Assembly (NCBI GenBank): GCA_030704615.1
Contig: CM060731.1
Location: forward strand, 89,156,001-89,220,000
DNA length: 64,000 nt
Source of the DNA: Takakia lepidozioides
Lineage: Eukaryota; Plantae; Bryophyta
Reading direction: 5' to 3'
The translations under genes and the position numbers were made by a program. The notes under the pieces were generated by a model. The model searched no databases. It saw nothing but the letters and a program-made list of their open reading frames with translations, and had not been told where the DNA came from. Shown here piece by piece: positions 11,933 to 23,720 of this stretch; the first letter of the stretch is position 1, and each line of letters starts with the position of its first letter.

Positions 11933-14900
11933 ATGGGGTCGGGCAAGCCGAAGCGAAAGCGGAACGGCCCAAAAGATGATGATCCTGGTGAGCCCGATGG
12001 GGGCGACGTGTCACCGAGGCGGCCGTTTGAGGAAGCGATGCATGTTTCCGAAAACGAGGCCGCTCAAGAGCGGGAGGAATCCGAGGAGTCGGAGCCCGAG
12101 GAATCCTTGAGAGCTCCGACAAACCAAGAGATGCCTCCCATGCCGACAGCCTTTTGGGAAGGGTTGTTGGCGCAGTTTGGCGGGACGTTGAAAGACGTGT
12201 TGAAGGCGGCTAATGCCACTTCCACTAAGGCAAAGTTTAAGGTGAAGCCTAAGGAACCCGGCACCTTCGAGGGCGTCTGAAATCGGAAGGCACTCAACAC
12301 CTGGCTCTTGGAGCTGGAGCAGTACTTCCGGGCGGCCAAGTTGAGTGACGAGGATCGCGTGGAAGTGGCTCCCACCTATTTGAGGGGCTATGCTCAACAA
12401 TGGTGGCAGAAACGCCTTCACGACCAAGGTCCAAGTCCGGAAACCTTGAACTGGAGTGGGTTCAAGGAATTGATGAAGAGACAGTTTGTGCCCCTCAACG
12501 CGTCCTGGCTTGCCCAAGACAAGATGAGGAATTTGAAGCAAACAGATGACATTCGGGGGTATGTCCAGGCTTTCAATGTGCTGTTGCTCGAAGTCGCGGA
12601 CATGGCAGAACCAGAAATGGTCTTCAACTTTGTGGCGGGACTGGCCCCATGGGCCAGGCGGAAGTTGGAGGAGAAGCCACCCAAGACTTTGAACGAGGCA
12701 ATTGAGAGGGCTGAATGTTTCTCGGATGTCCCTAGGGGTGAGAGACAAGGTCGTACGGAGCTAAACCACAAGAAGACCCGGCGGGAAGGTGACTCCTTCC
12801 GACCGGAAAAGAAGTGGGATAGGCCACGCGGCGACAATGGCACGTGGAAATCGAAGGGAGGGCCTTCACACGTCAAGGCGGCACCCGGTGCTTCGAAAGG
12901 AAAAGCGGGAACATGACTCAGGCGACCACGGAGCTGTCGGAAGATACCATCAGTCGCTTGGTGGAAGCGGTGGTCACCAGGACTTGCAAGGTAGGCAAAT
13001 TTTCTTGTGAGTTGTATCAGGAAACTGGCGCCTTACGAAAAGGGAGTCAGTTATTGTTCGTGGATGGGATAATATCCGGAACTAATGTGTCGTTGTTGGT
13101 GGACACAGGAGCGTCGCACTCCTTCATGACACCGGCAACGGCACAAAAGCTGGGACTACCGACAAGTGACGTGGGGGCCTCTATTGAGGTGCATTCTGCC
13201 AAAGGAGAACCACAGTTGGCGACAAGGTTGGCGTTTGATGTTCCTCTCCAACTGCGGAGTGGGAGGGACGTGAGAATTTCACCATCTGCGAGATCGATGG
13301 AGTAGATCTCATTTTGGGGATGACCTTTTTGAGCAAATCCGGAGCGGTCATAGATGGCCGCAAGAGAGTAGTCACGCTGCCATGTGGGAATGGTGGCGAG
13401 GTCTTACGAGTGTCGGAAACGCCCAAATCCGTGGGAGGGCGAATAAACCTTCTGTCAGCAAGGGAGTGGGCCGTGGAGGAGGCACACGAACCCCAGTTTT
13501 TGCTTTACATTAGAGAAGTGAAGGGAGAAGGCGATGGGGAGCCGAGCCCAGATTGGATCAAGGGGATTTGGAGAAATACCAGGATGTGATGCCGGAGGAT
13601 TTACCAAGCGGCCTGCCACCGCGAAGAGGAGTTGACCACAAGATTGAGGTGATACCGGGATCGGAACCGCCTGCCAAGGCACCCTACCGGTTGAGCCATA
13701 GGGAGTTGGTCGAGCTAAAGACTCAGCTCAAGGATCTAATGTCAAAAGGGTACATCCGGCCGAATAAGTCACCTTACGGAGCCCCGGTGCTATTCGCAGA
13801 CAAGAAGGATGGGACGCTGCGGATGTGTGTCGATTACAGGGCTTTGAATAAGGTGACTATTAAAAACCGGTACCCTTTGCCAAGGATCGACGACCTTTTC
13901 GACCGGTTGGCAGGAGCGAAGTATTTCAGCCGGATCGACTTGCGCTCCGGCTATCATCAAATTCGGGTGGCGGAAGGAGATGAGGAGAAGACCGCGTGTA
14001 GGACAAGGTATGGTTCATATGAGTTCTTGGTGATGCCTTTTGGGCTCACTAATGCACCGGCGACCTTTAGCACGCTGATGAACAGCCTTTTTCAGGAGTG
14101 GTTGGATGACTTTGTGATCGTGTACATCGACGACATCTTGGTGTACTCGAAAACAAAGGAGGAACACCTGGAGCACCTCAAAAGGGTGTTCCAAAAGTTG
14201 CGGGAAGGGAAGCTGTACGCCAAAGCTTCCAAATGCGAATTCGGGGTCACGAAAGTGGAGTTCTTGGGGCATGTGATTACACAGGATGGGATCAAAATGG
14301 ATGACAGAAAGGTGAGGGCGATCTTGGACTGGGAGCCTCCGACTTCGGTCCCGGGAGTGCGATCCTTCCTAGGACTCGCCTCCTATTACCGGAAGTATGT
14401 GAGAAATTTCGCCAAGATCCCGGGGCCGCTGTCGGACCTTCTGTGTAAATCCAAAGTCTGGGTATGGAACACATTTTGTGGCCAAGCTTTTGCTGAATTG
14501 AAACAGCGGATGGCGGAAGCTCCAGTCTTGAAAATCCCGGAGTTCGATCGTCCATTTGAGATTCATACAGATGCGTTGGACTTCGCGATTGGGGGTGTAC
14601 TTATGCAAGATGAATGTCCAGTGGCTTACGAAAGTAAGAAACTGAATGAAGTGGAGCGACGGTGGCCGACGCACGAAAAAGAGATGAAGGCGGTGGTGCA
14701 CTGTCTTGAGCTTTGGCGCCACTATGTTGGTTCCAACCCAGTGAAGGTGTTCACGGACAATGTCACGGTGAAGTATTTTGCCACGCAGCCCAAGTTGTCC
14801 CCAAAACAACTTAGGTGGCAAGATACTTTGGCGGTGTTCGACGTGGATATCCAGTACAAACCGGGACGAGACAACGTGGTGGCCGATGCTTTAAGTAGAA

Positions 14901-16375
14901 AGCAGCAGCTCTTGTTGGTGTACAACGCGAGACGGCGCTCCAAAGGAAGATCCGGAAGGCTTACCGGAAGGATGAGCTGGCGAAGTCCGTGATGCAGGAC
15001 TTGAGGATGGGGGTTAAATCGCAGTTCCACTTGCAAAATGGACTGCTCCGGTATAAGCAAAAGCGTCTCTATGTGCCGAAGGGAGGGATCAGAGACAGCC
15101 TCTTGAGAGAATGCCATGATAGCCCGCTTGCGGGCCACGGCGGAGCCAAGCGCACTGCGGCACTCCTGAAGAAAGAGTATTTCTGGCCCAAACTGAGGGA
15201 GGAGGCAGAGGAGTATGTCATGCCAACAAAACCGGAGCGAGTACAAAAAGCAAGCGGGGCTGTTACAACCCTTGCCGATTCCAGAGGGGACTTGGGAAAG
15301 CGTCTCGATGGATTTCATGACTGCTATGCCGCTGTCAAAAGGATTCGATGCAATCATGGTGGTGGTGGATAGGTTTAGTAAAATGGGCCATTTCATCCCC
15401 ACCAAGGAGACGGCAACGGCGCACGAGACATGGCGACTTTACTTCGCCCACGTCTTAAAACATCATGGAGTCCCGAAGGATATTGTCTCGGATCGCGATC
15501 CAAAGTTTACGAGTAAATTTTGGAGGACACTTTGGAAGAAGATGGGGACGAGGCTGAAGATGAGCACCGCCTTCCGACCTACGACGGACGGCCAAACGGA
15601 AAGAGTGAATTCCGTAGTGAAGCAATTCTTGCGGAATTACGTGTCGGCAGACCAATCAGACTGGATGGAACACTTAGACGCGGCAGAGTTCTGTTATAAT
15701 AACACAGAACACTCCGCAACGGGAGTTTCCCCTTTCGTATTGGTCTATGGAAAAGCACCTCTGGTGCCGACAAGTTGGGCCGCCCAGGACGTTGAGGAAC
15801 CGGCAGTAGCGGCGGTACTGGAAGAACGCGAGCGTTTGTTGAAGCTCGCAAAGTACAATATTGCCAAAGCTAGGAAACGGTATGAAAGGCAGGCGAATCG
15901 GAAGCGGAGGGAAGTGAAGTTTGAGGCAGGCACAGAGGTCTGGTTGAACATCAAGAATTTCCGACTACCTCCGGAAGTGAGTCCGAAGTTCGTACCTCCG
16001 TATGCGGGACCCTTTCGCATTCGGAAGGTTATGAATGAGGATGTGTATGAATTGGAGCTGCCGACAAACAGCAAGGTGCACCCAGTATTCCATGTCTCCC
16101 TTTTGAAGCCTTACTTCAAAGATGAAGCGCGTCCGAATCGACATCAAGTGTTGCGTCCGCCACCTATGCTGTTGGATCATGAAAATGAACCTGAGTACGA
16201 GGTGGAGGCAATACTTAAGTCGAGGAGGTTCAGGAACCGAGAAACGGAGTATCTCGTCAAATGGAAGGGCTATCATCATGTGGAGGCATCTTGGGTGCGT
16301 GCCTCAGAAATGGGAAACGCATCCGAGGCGGTTGCAGCTTTCGAAGGGCGACCTCAAAAGCGGAAGAAGCGTTGA
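11933..16375 (+). pseudogene. gag-pol of chromovirus copy 2 (disrupted)
   Basis: ATG 11933; CGA>TGA at 12278; ~103-bp deletion removing the gag CCHC knuckle at ~12909; 14-bp deletion in the integrase HHCC at ~15220; intact YIDD, integrase core and chromodomain. Confidence 0.92.
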
Positions 16376-17281
16376 TGGGGAAATCAACCTTGGAGCGTGG
16401 GGGAGGAAATGCATGCTTAGCCCGGCTTAGCTAGCTTAGGGATCCGATTACAAAAACTTGTATTGTACAAAAATTTGTTATAAAGGAAATGGGTTCCAAA
16501 TGTTGTGCGTCCTATTTTGTTTGGAATGGTGATGCATGATATGGTTGGCTAGTGTGTAGAATGCATGCTAGCTTATAAAAGTGGGAGAGGTAAATTGGGT
16601 TAATCGTGTGTTTGTGTAGTGCCGAAATCGGGTGACCCCCATCCGAGGGCCAAGGAAACTTGCGCCTTCCTTGGGAGTTCACGTGCTAGTGCACACCTGG
16701 CGCGTGCACGTACTATAACTGCGCTACCGAGGGGGTTGCCTTGTAGTGCGGGCTAACGCGGAAGCCACGTGCTTCCGTTCACGTACTATAATCGTGTAGC
16801 CTCGGGACGAAGTCGTAGTGCGGCTTCGGCGTGTTCCCGTACCTCAGGCCAGCATTCCAAGGCGGACCCAATTGTAGTGATTGGGGCGCACGGTTGGTTC
16901 AAGGTTATCTTCCTAGTCAAAGAGGGTTCCAGGTGAACCCTTGCTCAAGGTGATGCCAAAAGTGGCATCATGAGCGGTCGCAAGCAATGTTGTTGCAGTA
17001 AGGCGATTCGATCCTCAAGGAGGATCGTTCCTTGGCCTTGAAGTAGGCCAAGAAGAGTGCACTGGGAGGAGCTGGAGAGGCTCCACCCTTGGCCGGGACT
17101 TGGAGGAAGTCGGCCAAACTAGCTAGTGGAGAGTAGAGTCAAGTGTGGGGTTTGGTTCTTTGCCATGGGACGCCATGGTGCGGAAACAAACTCCTTGATG
17201 TGGGACGCCACAACTTGGATGTTCGTTTCTACAAAATGGACAAGTCGATGAGGACACCGACTCCCTGTTGGTAGGGGTGTG

Positions 17282-18006
17282 TGTCGCGGCCTTTTGCCTT
17301 GAGGGCAGGGGGTCGGGACACATGAGGGGCTGCCCCTGTGGTGGGGGCAGCGGCAGCGATAGGTATGGGGGGCTGAAGCACCCTTGAGTGCCCAAGGCAC
17401 TCAAGGAGGCGGAGGCGCTCACTAGGTGGAGCCCCGCACACCGGGTTGCGGTGGGGGTGGCTCCACAAGGGGTGGTGGTAGCTTAGCGGGACTTAGTGGG
17501 GGTGACGTAGGACTCACCATGGGGGCGGAGACCTCGTGGTGGGAGTCGTGGGGAGTCTTGGGACTCATCACGGTCCATAGGGGCCGTGGTGAGTGGGCCA
17601 AGACTCACCGCGACTCATCACCGGGAGTCGAGGGTTTTCGTGGCGGTTCGCCATAAAATGGCATGGCTGGTTGTGAAACCCTCGCGGACAGCTACAGAAG
17701 TATATATAGGGAGTAGTAACCCCGAGAACGGTGCAAGCCCGTTGGTGACCAAAAACTAGTGAGTAAGCGAGCGAGCCGGAAAGCGACCAAAGAGTGGGGA
17801 GCTGTTCCGGACTGCCATCTACCAAAGGGAATTCCACTAGTCCCAAATAGATGGAGGGTTTAGTGGGAAGCGAAGGGGGACCGTTATGTCCCGGTGAGCA
17901 GCCAAAGCTCCAAGTTGGCCCGGCGGCCAGGTCGGGAGTTAGGCGCGCGCATCAAAGCGAGTAACTATGACGTGAAGGGGAGCTTACCGAAGGGAGGTGC
18001 GCGACA
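17282..18006 (+). repeat. 3' LTR of chromovirus copy 2
   Basis: Preceded by GGTAGGGGTGTG; TG...CA. Confidence 0.95.
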
Positions 18007-18539
18007 GATACTGATAGAAGTGTGTATGATACTCACGTTACCAGTTTTGAACATTTGGGCCATGACAGTTTAAGTGATGTCCGACAACCATGTATGTTGG
18101 CATTTAGTCTTGCTCATATGCAGGTGTGCCGTGACGGTCTCTAATTTGAATGTAATATCACATTTCCTGACTTGTCGTCGTGTCCGTCCACCTTCTATGT
18201 GTATGTGTGATGGTCTTTGGTCTCCCTGTTGCCTCGTCTATTTGGTTCATTAGCGTGATGTTGTGCATGCATCGTGGTCTGTGTTTTCAGTCTCGCCCAG
18301 TATCATTGCTTCTCAATTCCCCCTGCATATGGGTGAACCACTAAAACCAGTAGAATGCATCAGAACCATATTTTCAGCTTAGAATGCAGGTCAGTTGGAA
18401 ATTCACACAAACCACTACAAGTGCTCATTTTTCGTGCTTTCCTACTGTAGTGCAACCAACTAGCACAGTGGCAGTGGAGTTGGCCAAAGCAATCTCGAGA
18501 TGGCACAAGCACTCTGCGTCTTTCCACTAGCAGTCGTAC

Positions 18540-18976
18540 CCGTCACTGCCATTGCGTGGGGACGACGCCACGCGTCGACCTACACACTCTCCACGTGGTC
18601 CCCGTGGATTCGTCTACCGGAAATTGTGAAGTGGCTGTTGCGACGTCACATGCAACACTCCAAGTGATGTGGCCGACTGCGATGTGGCGTCTTGGGCCCG
18701 TGGCCACGCGGCAGCATTGCCGCTCGTCGCGGCGCCGCCACATCGGCTTCCACGTCGCATCCACGTCCGCGTCCATGTGTCACCGCGCCCCGGGTGAGTC
18801 AGTCCACTCATCCGGAGGGAAAAGTCAAAGTCAGCCCAAAGGTCAGACACACGGGCGGCCCGCCTGGTTACGCCACGTGGTTCTTCAGCATTAATCGCAT
18901 TAATCGCTGAGCGGTTGTTCGCGCGTCTGCGTCCTTTACCACTCCAATCATTGGATGTCCAACCCAACTACCACGT
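18540..18976. repeat. GC-rich subterminal region of transposon A with repeated CCACGT/CCACGC motifs
   Basis: Many CCACGT, CCACGC and ACGTC cores in both orientations 100-550 bp inside the CTAGTG end. Confidence 0.5.
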
Positions 18977-19083
18977 CTGTTGTAACTAGTCTGTTGTAAC
19001 TTCCAATCGATCCCAGTTTTTTGACTTTTACAACTCAAAATGAGTCGTTACCCCAGTGGTAAATGACACGAATGCTTCTAGTG

Positions 19084-19520
19084 CGTCCACGGTTATGGTG
19101 GACCAACTTGATGTCACCTGCACTACTCAAGCGTGCATATGATGGGGTGCAACGGCCAGCACACCTGACAGTGGACAACATCTTGGACACGGGGAGGCAG
19201 TCTCAACGTGTGAGACACGATGCCTGTTCGCCTTTGGGAGTGGTCAACAAGGTGGGTCAACCACAAACAACACTACCTACACCGCTCAGTTTCCCAGGAT
19301 CGCATGCTTTCCGGGGTAGTGGACCTGGCCTCCTGTGGGATGCCCAATTGCAGCAATTAGTGGAGCCCAATACCAACGAGCGTGAGCGGGCAATGGGTTT
19401 TACCACTGGTACCACGTCAGTGTCATCTCTTTCTGAGGCATCATGTCGTCAGGTGTTGGGGCAAGCAATGGATCTCAATTGCTTGACCTGGATCATCAGC
19501 CTAAGTATGGCAGAGCAGCG
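19084..19520 (+). pseudogene. C-terminal half of a cytosine-5 DNA methyltransferase (DNMT3/DRM-like motifs VIII, IX, X)
   Basis: RPRLWWTNL (motif VIII), EPNTNERERAMGFTTGTT (IX) and RQVLGQAMD (X) in correct order in ORF 19063..19665. Motifs I, IV and VI are not in the window. Confidence 0.8.
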
Positions 19521-22500
19521 CAGGTTGCGGACAACTTCTCCTACTACACTTCCCTTGATAGGCTCCCTGCCCACCGAGACGGTACAAGCAGTGAGTGGGG
19601 GCGAGCGTATGAGGACCACGGGGTGCAGACATCCATGGCACACGTGGAAGGTGCTTGAGGTTTAGAGGGAGGTGGCAGCCAAAGCTGAGTTGGGGATTTT
19701 TGTCAGGTTGAGGATGGGATGACAGGGCAAGATGAGGCCTAGTCATTGACTGAGCAGGCAGGGAGTACTGCTCAAGAGGTTGCAACATATCAACCACTAG
19801 ACGCATCTTCCACCTCTAAAGCCCACTGGACTTAAGGTTGCAGTTACGGAGGACAATTGGGAGCCAGACATTGGGCCCATTGTCACCGGAGGAGAGAGAT
19901 GACGTATATGGCGATTCCTAAGGGCTTATAGGAATTGTTTTTTGAAGGACTTGGGAGCACTGAAGGGTCAGGAAATTCGCATTGAGTTGGCCAATGACAC
20001 GCCAATCATTCAGAGACCCTATAGATACAGTGACATGGAGAGGTCCTTGATTCAGATGAGGACTCAAGACCTCTGAGAGACAAGTTTGGTGGAGCTCTCT
20101 GGTGGAGAGTATGCTTCAGCCACAGTGATGCCAACCAAGAAAGATGTCTATGGCAATTGGACGGAAATATGTATGTGCAGTGATTACCGGCCTGTAAATC
20201 GTCACGAAGTTCGACAAGTATGCCATGCCCACACCAAAGGAGATCTTTGATGCCATTGGGCATGCCAAGGTCTTTAGTACTTTGGATTTGCGATCCGGAT
20301 ATCACCAGTTGCCGATCAAGGAGGCGGATAAGCAGAAGACGATATTCTAGGAGATCAATGAGCACGGGAAGGATTGCCAATATCAGTGGCTATTCTTACC
20401 ATTCGGGCTTAAGAACGCTCCTGCAGAGTTCCAGAGTGTCATTGACAGGATTCTAGTAGGGGTGGAGTTTGCTCGGTGCTACATAGATGACATCATCATC
20501 TTCAGTGCTATGATGGAGGAGCATGAGAGATACCTTCAGGTGGTATTTGAGCGCTTGAGAGCACACGGATTGAAACTGTATCCGGGAAGTGCAAGTTTTC
20601 CCACAACCAGATTGAGTATCTGGGTCACATGATATATCCTGAAGGATTGGGGATACAACAGACTAAGGTAGAGGCCATTGCACAAATTCCACGCCCCACG
20701 GATGTGAGCCGAGTTCGAGCTTTCATGTGATTGACAAACTATTATAGACGGTTTGTCAAGGGATTTAGTACCATTGCAAAGGCTCTAACCAAGCTGACCA
20801 AGGTGGACCAGGAGTGGCAGTGGGAAGATGAGTAGGAACGAGCTTTTCAAGAGCTCAAGGCGAGGTTGACCTCGGCGCCTATCTTGAGACGACCTATCAG
20901 GGGGCGTCATTTTCAGCTGCATACGGATTGGAGCATGCTGGGGCTTGGAACGGTGCTCACACAGGTGGATGATGAGGGAAGAGAGTTCGTAGTGGCTTAT
21001 GCTAGCCGCTCGACCAATGCTGCAGAGGCTAAGTATAGCTCATATAAGAGAGAGTGCTTTAGTTGCAGTGTAGGCCGTAACACACTTTAGGTGCTATCTA
21101 TACGACAATCTCTTCACCCTTGTCACGGATCACCAGCCACTCAAGTGGTTGATGGAGTCAGAAAGGCTTACGGCCCGAAGCTTGCACGGTTGGCACTCAT
21201 ACTCCAAGAGTATGACTTTCAGGTTGTGCATCGACCAGGTTTGGTCAATCGGGATGCGGATGGATTGAGTCGCAATCCATGCACGAGCCAGCAGGATGAC
21301 ACTAGAGCTCGGTGACATGGTGAGACGGACAAGGAGATGGTGCCGGGATGGCTCGCATGCATCTGCATTTCTGTGTATCTTGGCAGTGGGAGGCCAGATT
21401 GGGCCTACAACATGGATGACTGTAGACAGAGTGTCTCAGGACCCTGAGGCTAGTGACGAATCAAGTGGTGCCAGAGATATACATGAGGATTCGGTTGTGT
21501 TGGACTACCTCCGTACTGGAGACACGACAGCCACTGTGACTGCCAATGAGAGGGATCGGATCCTGCAATGAGCCAAGTGGTTCAAGTGGAAGGGGATACA
21601 CCTGCTCCGAGTGTGGGAGGATGGTCGGGGGAGGATTGTGTCTCACCCAACACAGCGTGCACGGTTAGTGCGGCATGCCCATGAGGAGTTGAGGCATTTT
21701 GGAGTGCGACACACTCATAGTCTACTGCAGCGGTAATATTGGTGGCGTGGTATGCACACAGAGGTGCAACGGTGCGTGGCTAGGTGCATGGTGTTTGACA
21801 GGGTGCGTGCTTCATTCAACGCCTCTACACCTTAGTTGCATCCTCTTCCGATCATGGTATTGGGCTACAGATGGAGTCTTGACTTCGCAGGACCGTTGCC
21901 ACTGACAATGCGCCACCACAGATATGTGTTGGTGATGGTGGAACACTTCTCCAAGTGGATTGAGTTGGTTCCGTTGCCTGACAAGGCTAGTGAGGGGGCT
22001 GCGTATGCATTCTTGGATCATGTGTTTAGCCGATTCGGTGCTCCAGCTGAGGTACTCACGGACCAATGGAGAGAGTTCTTGGAGGAGTTTCAGGCTTTGT
22101 GTGATAAAACCTTGATAGACCACTGCACCACTTCTCGGAATCATCCTGAGGCCGATGGCTTAACAGATAGAGTTGTGCAGACGGTGAAGAGGGGTTTGCA
22201 CAAATATGGTTTGCAGAAGGGACACCTAGGAGAATGTGATCTTCAGGTGCCTTGGTTAGCCATGGGCTACAAGTTCAGCAAGCAAGCATCACTTGCCTCT
22301 TTCTTACCATATTTCCTTCTTTTTGGCCGAGAGCCGGATTTGCCTGCAGCCATTCGTAGGAAGACTGCTCAAGTCCTTAACCTGGACGATCCAGACGTGT
22401 GGGTACGTGCATGTGATCAGCATGCAGAGTTGTTCAAGAAAGTCATGCCCATGAGTTTTGAGAACCTTGCCATTGCACAACATCGTGACACGTTGAGGTA

Positions 22501-22777
22501 TGCCAATATACGTGGTGGAGGATATCGTCCTAGGGTTCGGAGTTTTAGCCCTGGTGACTATGTTTATTTGTAGCAGACTACTCCTACGACCCTAGATGTG
22601 ACTGCAGGGCGTGTTATTCTGAGGGTTCGAGAGATGTTGCCCTCAGGAATCCTAAGCTTGGAGGGTCGGGATGGCATGACTTGGAAGGATCATGTGTGTA
22701 ATTGTGCGCCAAGTCATTTTCCCAATGTCAATGGCAGGATTGACCCAAACTTGGTAGTGGTACCTGCAGGTTTGAGG

Positions 22778-22912
22778 TGCATGTTGTGTGGGTCTGCCAA
22801 AGGGGCAGCCATTATGATGGTATATGACCGATGTTCAAGAGGTTGGCACATGCGATGCTTGATACCACCTCTTGAGAAGGTTCCTGATGGAGATTGGTTG
22901 TGTCCATACTGC
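22778..22912 (+). other. PHD finger at the integrase C-terminus
   Basis: CMLC-x-(Y)DRC-x-GWHMRCLIPPLEKVPDGDWLCPYC; C4HC3 pattern with the third Cys mutated to Tyr. Confidence 0.9.
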
Positions 22913-23181
22913 TTGGGATAGTGGCAGTGGATATGACTAGTGGCAGCTAACAAGACATGGGCGGCCAAGCTTATAAGAGTCAATACACGAGATCCCAGGC
23001 TCAAGTTCACAGGTTGCAAGACGGCGACTAACGATGGGGCTACTCTTGTACCTGGTCTTTTAATCTATCGAGTTTGAATGTAGTATGGACAGTGGTGAAG
23101 GACTTATTGAGGTTACGGTCACTATCACATTTTGTGGTTACTTGGACTTAGAAGGACCTTAGCACCAGCTAAGGGGGTTAT

Positions 23182-23406
23182 TGTGGTAAACTAGTTACTG
23201 CCATGTAGTGGGCAGTATATTGGCAGCCTAGTAATTGGACTAGTGGCTGGACTAGTGGTGGACTAGTGGTATACTAGTGTGTAGTGTGTACATGTGTTGT
23301 GTGGTTTTGGACAACGATGTAGTTGTGTAGCGATATATATGCGCACGACCGCTGTCAAGTTATTTCACCACTAGTGAAACTAGCTAGGAAATAGCTAGCT
23401 TTTACA
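23182..23406 (+). repeat. Putative 3' LTR of the DNMT-PHD Gypsy
   Basis: TG start just after the PPT, internal TATATATA, imperfect terminal inverted repeat ending TTTTACA. No partner LTR in the window, so the right boundary is uncertain. Confidence 0.5.
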
Positions 23407-23638
23407 TATTGACATTTGGGATTGACCATCTCTAGCTCCAATGCTTAGGCGCTAGCATCCAAACAGGAGTGGCTAAAGTCTAGTTTGAAAAAAATCAAGA
23501 TTTGTGAGAGAGGAAAGCTTAAACCCAACTAGCTTAATAGAGGAGAACGGGAAGCAGAACTCACCTCATTCACCTTGTCCAAGAGTAAACTAGGTCCCCC
23601 AAGTTGTTTGTTCCAAGGATTATCTATTCCATCCCCAA

Positions 23639-23720
23639 AGGCCCACCCCTGAAAAAGGGTAGTAGCCGCAAGGCAAAGTGGCTCTTAGTTACGCCGGCTT
23701 CGGTCGGAGTTACCACTCTC
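23639..23720 (+). mobile_element. ~80-nt structured retroposed element, copy 1
   Basis: Flanked by direct repeat TCCATCCCCAA (23628-23638, 23721-23731); homologous to 31780..31858. Confidence 0.75.

Larger units (their letters stand above)
11153..18006 (+). mobile_element. Ty3/Gypsy chromovirus (Galadriel-like), full-length copy 2
   Basis: TG...CA ends; 5-bp TSD GATAC (11148-11152, 18007-18011); PBS TGGTACCAGAGC 11880-11891; same family as copy 1, opposite orientation. Confidence 0.95.
1..19083 (+). mobile_element. Large DNA transposon A (right part; left end outside window), ending in a CACTA-like terminus
   Basis: Ends ...GAATGCTTCTAGTG at 19083 (reverse complement CACTAGAAGC...), exactly where methyltransferase homology of the flanking Gypsy begins (CGT CCA CGG = RPR). 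ACGT-core-rich DNA lies upstream of the end. Contains the transposase-like gene and two nested LTR elements. That it is one continuous element is inferred. Confidence 0.55.
19084..23406 (+). mobile_element. Ty3/Gypsy retrotransposon with C5-DNA-methyltransferase domain and PHD finger (3' part, degenerate)
   Basis: Domain order DNMT C-half, RT (KKDVYGNWTE..DYRPVN; YIDD at 20480), RNase H (LHTDWS), integrase (WSLDFAGP, VLTDQ), PHD, then PPT AAGGGGG and a putative 3' LTR. Many stops and frameshifts. Confidence 0.85.

Noticed and set aside
19044-19082. Helitron 3' end (imperfect hairpin 10 nt before CTAG|T)
   Set aside because: The hairpin is weak. The CACTA reading leaves the flanking MTase frame exactly at RPR and fits the subterminal repeats better. 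Kept only as an alternative.
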